Source: Yuukianura sp. NJ FZ-2021 (taxonomy: Eukaryota). From it: DNA of 64,000 nucleotides. The position numbers and the translations under genes were made by a program. Location: NCBI GenBank assembly GCA_046563655.1, contig CM102283.1, forward strand, positions 1,984,001 to 2,048,000, read 5' to 3'. The notes under the pieces were generated by a model. The model worked only from the letters and a program-made list of their open reading frames with translations. It had not been told where the DNA came from and did not search any database. Below, in pieces: positions 59,651 through 64,000 of the stretch; the first letter of the stretch is position 1, and each line of letters starts with the position of its first letter.

Positions 59651-62595
59651 AAATCGGAATTTAATCACAATTTCATAATCGCTCGTCTGTTCGTTTCCCA
59701 CCGAGTATAGCCAAATCTGTTGTCGCTTGTGGATTTGGCGTGTTTCCAAAGGTACGCTCATTTCTGAACTTCGGCTGCCCCCCACCCCCATGGGGGTGAC
59801 CTTAAGGTCAAACTCAATACCCAAAAATTTTTTCTTCATCCATACCTACTCACATCCCAATTTTCAAAAAATTAGGAATTTTTAGGTGTTTTTCCGTTTT
59901 CAGAAATTGTTACTCTTTGGTAAAGTGTTATTTAACATTTACATCGTATGTTTTGCCTTTGGGTAAAGATTGGTTATGTTGGGTTATACGTTATTTTAGA
60001 CAAAGCAAGGTATGAAGATATGAAGCGGTTGAAGGTTTATTGTAAGAATAATAAATAAAATTTCCAATTCTGCAAGGGATACGTATCATAGCATGAGATA
60101 TGCTCGATGTGGTCGGTTGGTAGCCAGAATAGGTTAGCCTAACCTTAGATATGTTTGGAAGATCCATTTTGTGTGGATCCTTACAATGCATAAATAGATC
60201 AGGCGGAAACCCATTAGGATCCTTACCCCAGATCAACTTCTGCTCCCCTCCTGTTGAAGAAGATGAAGAAGCTTTCCCTTTCTTCCATCTTATTACTTTT
60301 ATGGTTATCCGCACATTTGAACAGTCCCGCTCCTCCATTTAGTCGAGTGTTGCCCCACTTGAGCCACGGAACGAGCAAAACCATATACGTGGGCATACCT
60401 ATCTATTTCACCTTTTACTTCCAAAAATTCAAATTTTACTTTTCCTTCGCTATTCCACGTATATTTTATGTTCAGGTTTTGAATTTTCAACGTTAGACAG
60501 TTGCACCGCCGCAGTAACTACCAAGTTGTTTCGTCTTTGGTTCTGACCTTTTAGTCACAGTAATTTTGAGATCGATTTAAGACTTAGTCGAAAAACGTCG
60601 ATTTCCTTCTGGTTTTTGGTTTTCTGTGGCTAAACCTTTTGGGGGCTTTTTGTGACGCGGAAGTATTAGGCATTTTGGAGCTCGGGAGATTTAAGAGATT
60701 CTGAAATGAAAGACTAATAGAATCGCTGAGTAGGGATCAAGGCAGAGGCTGGAGGTTTTCTTTGAAAAGAGCGGATCAAAGAAACATGACGTAATTTGTG
60801 CACGGTCCTTTACGTCTGGTCAACTCACAAAAAGAAAAAAGTGTACGATAAGGCGGATAAAATTCAGAAGAAAAACATAACAACCAATGACCTCTCGTTA
60901 AAAAAGAGAAAAAGGAGGTCAAAAGGTCATTGACCTCGTTGGATCAAAAGACGCGGAGACAGAGTGAACCTGAAGAGCCTCCATCTGGGACATTCCTTCT
61001 CATTCAATATTCATTTCCTTTATTTATTGCTCCACTGTGTTTCAACATTGTACAAAAAGCGCGGCGCAACTTTTAAATTATTTAAAAGGAAACGGATGAC
61101 AATGTCTTTTGAAACGTCTGAAAGAAACAATGACAACTGCCCGACGTCTTGCAAGTTTAGAATGCCGTTACAGACCCAGCCAGTTACAGACAGCAGTGTC
61201 ACCCAGCTTTTGAATTTTTACTCGTCCCGCCAAACGTTTGAAGTTTCCATAATTTTCTCCAGCGTTTTGAATTTTGCTTTGTTCCCACTACTTTCATTTG
61301 AATGCTTTCCTTCAACGGATCGAATTCTGCATATTTTTTGTCAAAAGCCTCGAATTTTAAACTAATCCGCCGGAGTTTTGAATTTTGCACTTCTCCCGCG
61401 AAAATTTGAAATTTCAACGGTTATACATAGAATGTGACCAGTTTTGTACCAAAATCAGCTGAGAATTGTCTTCAGACGTATAGTCTCTAGGCATGCGCCC
61501 GTTCAAATTAGTAACGGAACTAAAAACACGAGGTCCCAACGCACTTCCCGGGCTTTGCGTTTGACCTTGCGCAGAAGTGCTTTCGGTCTGGAATTGAGTC
61601 TTGAACCAATTGAGTGGAGTTGATATTTGATTCGCTGCAGTGTTATAACTTTCGTTTCCATTTTTAAGTTGTTGACGCCCGCTAGCTAAAAAATAAACTA
61701 AACTCATAAATTACAAATTTTTGTATACAAACTAACTCTATTCAATTGTAATTTTATTCAAAATTTGCGGAAACAAAAATGCAAGATGCGTGAGAAACTA
61801 ACAACAAAATCCAGTTTTTCTTCTTACACAAAAATTCTATTTTCATGTGAATTAAATGTAAGGAAGTCATTTGTTCAAGTAATCCAAGGTTAGAGTAATC
61901 AGAAAGTGGTTGTACATGTTTTGGGTGTAACTTTAAATTATTTAAAATACATAATTAAAGTATATTATACAATTAAATAAGAATATCAATTAAATAATAA
62001 TGTATAATTCAGAAATGTGAATAACGAAATTAAAATTTCAAAATTTGGGTCTCTACAGAAAATATTACACAAACTTCATAGTTTTACCACTAATTGCGTC
62101 ATCCTCGTGACGTCACTGCAGTTACAATTTTAAATGTCGGCATATTCCGAGTAAAAGTGAGCTATCCTGAGCTTTGATTTTTTCATTTTGAAAATATTTA
62201 AAGCTCAAAATATTTTGTATTTTGGTTAATTTTTTCTTAAATTTTTTCAAAATCATTTTTCTAAATTTTCCTGAAGACTCTTTTTTTTTCTAAATTTTTT
62301 CAAAAGTGTTTCCTAAACTACTTCCAAAATGCAGCCAAATTCTTGAGATTAAAAATTTTCTTCTACCTAAGTAAGTGGTTCGTAATATTTTTTTTCTTGA
62401 AAATTTTTATGAAAAAGTAGGCTAGTTTAAGCTACTCCTTTCGCCTGATTTAGAGGAAGGTAAATTTAATTAAGTCCTTGGATGTACCAGAACATGTTTT
62501 CATGAGAAGGATGATGAAGGGAAGAACGTGGGATTTTTTGTTAGAGGAAGAGAGCGCGGGAGGATTTAAAAGTGATAGATTGTCTGTAGAGGGAG

Positions 62596-62865
62596 TCAAT
62601 CAAGACTTGGCTGTTCCCAGAGTGGTTCCTCTGCCTGGGCCTCCATGGCAACGACTGATCTCTTGTTTTTATTGATGGCGGAAGGATTTGATTTGAGCGG
62701 AGCGTGAGCGGCAGAAGGAGGGAATTTCAAAAGTTGATTTGATGGAGTCCATATCCAGGGAATTGAAGAGTCCAGAGTCAATTGCTGAACAAACGTGAGG
62801 AGAAGGAGGACGAGCGGAGGCAGAACGGCTAGAACTGGACGCACCAGGGTCCCTCTTCCCTGCAT
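62596..62865 (-). CDS. Putative secreted precursor (89 aa as seen; may be the first coding exon of a longer gene)
   Basis: Splice acceptor TTTTTGTCAG just upstream of the ATG; hydrophobic leader MQGRGTLVRPVLAVLPPLVLLLLTFVQQLTLDS; dibasic KNKR followed by SVVAMEAQAEEPLWEQPSLD. Confidence 0.4.
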   Translation of the reverse strand: MQGRGTLVRPVLAVLPPLVLLLLTFVQQLTLDSSIPWIWTPSNQLLKFPPSAAHAPLKSNPSAINKNKRSVVAMEAQAEEPLWEQPSLD

Positions 62866-64000
62866 TGCTGCTTGCTTTTCACCTGACAAAAAATAAAATT
62901 TTGATTTTTTTTTCGAAAAGTTTCAAACCATCCTGATAAACACAAAAGACACAAATTCAGGCTTCTAAACGAACTTCGAAACATTGCATTTCCTTCTCTA
63001 AGGAAAATTCTGATTTCTTTATTCATAAATTTTGAACACACGAATTTTCAACTGTTTTTTCTAGCAATTGTCTGTTCTTGTGAGTAAATTTTACGAATCT
63101 CTTTTTTTCAGTATTTTCTGCGTTGTCAGAAAACTTTGTTTTACGTTAAATTTTGAACTGAGTTTTCAACAGATTCTATGATGGTGTCAGGAAATTTTTT
63201 GTTTTCAGTGCAAATTTTCCGCTTTTGCAGATTTTGCGTCTGTATTTAGGGCGGCATCTGTTGAAGAGCTGCGATAAATGTTGGAGAGACGGAAGATAAG
63301 AAGTGGGAATGCGGCGGACGGAGTTGTAAAGGGCGCGGGAAAGATAAATTTTCAATTGTGAGATGTTTTCGCGCCAGAAATAAAAATAATCATAATAGTT
63401 TTAAGGCCGTTCCCGAAACCATTTTGGAAATTGTGATAAAGACATTTCTGGAACAAAATGTGGAGCTCGGACGTTTAAATAAGTAAAAAAAATGTTACGG
63501 TTTGGTGGCTCCAAGTTCAAAAAAAAAAAAAGAAAGAAAAAAGTGAAAGTACACACGCAACATTCCCATAAAAATCTAGTTTTATTGTCCAAAAAACGAG
63601 GACGAGCAAAACAAAATGTGATATGCGTTGCTCTCCATACTTTTCCTGTGTCCTCCGAAAACGAAAAATTCAAAATTTGGGCCAGAATTTTCAAAAAAGT
63701 TCTCTGTTTGGCTTTCTCTCTAGCTTTCTGAAAATTTTACTTTTGAAAGTTGTCCTTTTTGTAAATATTTCTTTTAAAATTGCTCTGTTTGAACTTAAAA
63801 TATTTCCTGCCTACTTTTTGCACAAAATTTGTTCTCAACTGTTCAAAATATCTCCGTTGCCAAAACTTTCACGCATTTTTTTTTCAGTTTAAAAAATAGA
63901 CTACCCGTCAATTTGACTTATGAGAGAGCAGAGCGGGAAAAACCACATGAACCGCGAAAGTGAACCTTTGACCATAGCGAAGAGCGCGGGAGAATTTGAA

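Noticed and set aside
54400-60600. Complete LTR retrotransposon or Helitron enclosing the viral-like relic
   Set aside because: No paired LTRs, primer-binding site, gag/pol motifs or clear Helitron termini were found by eye.

Overview
AT-rich, intron-containing eukaryotic DNA, most likely an arthropod. Support: winged-eye-type chromatin gene, invertebrate TEP, (TTAGG)n tracts and short GT-AG introns; a springtail-like hexapod is only a guess. The ORF track fragments most genes, so I rebuilt spliced models by hand. Protein-coding content in order: a TNRC18/BAHCC1/winged-eye Tudor+BAH gene (1.3-6.6 kb, broken by a probable 1-nt homopolymer error); an acidic repeat protein (minus); a CD109-like thioester-containing protein gene (minus, 9.8-17.2 kb); a 93-aa secreted peptide gene; a 4-TM gene; a single-pass PPxY membrane protein; two tandem secreted precursors that each end in three defensin-like (CSab) cysteine modules; and a Sina/SIAH-like E3 ligase. 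The TEP gene has an intact GCGEQ, Asp at the catalytic-His position, two mutually exclusive variable-region exons and an antisense intronic tRNA-Ala. The 55-60 kb region is decayed and contains a chuvirus-glycoprotein-like relic next to a small stop-interrupted type I membrane ORF. Repeats include hAT-like, piggyBac-like and Tc1-like MITEs and a 9x198-bp satellite inside one intron. Nuclear-receptor elements (DR1, IR1/EcRE-like) and a CCCTTAAGGG palindrome are conspicuously frequent. The best candidate for an undescribed system is the tandem pair of multi-defensin-domain precursors near the isoform-switching TEP. All homology calls come from motif recognition by eye, not from database searches.
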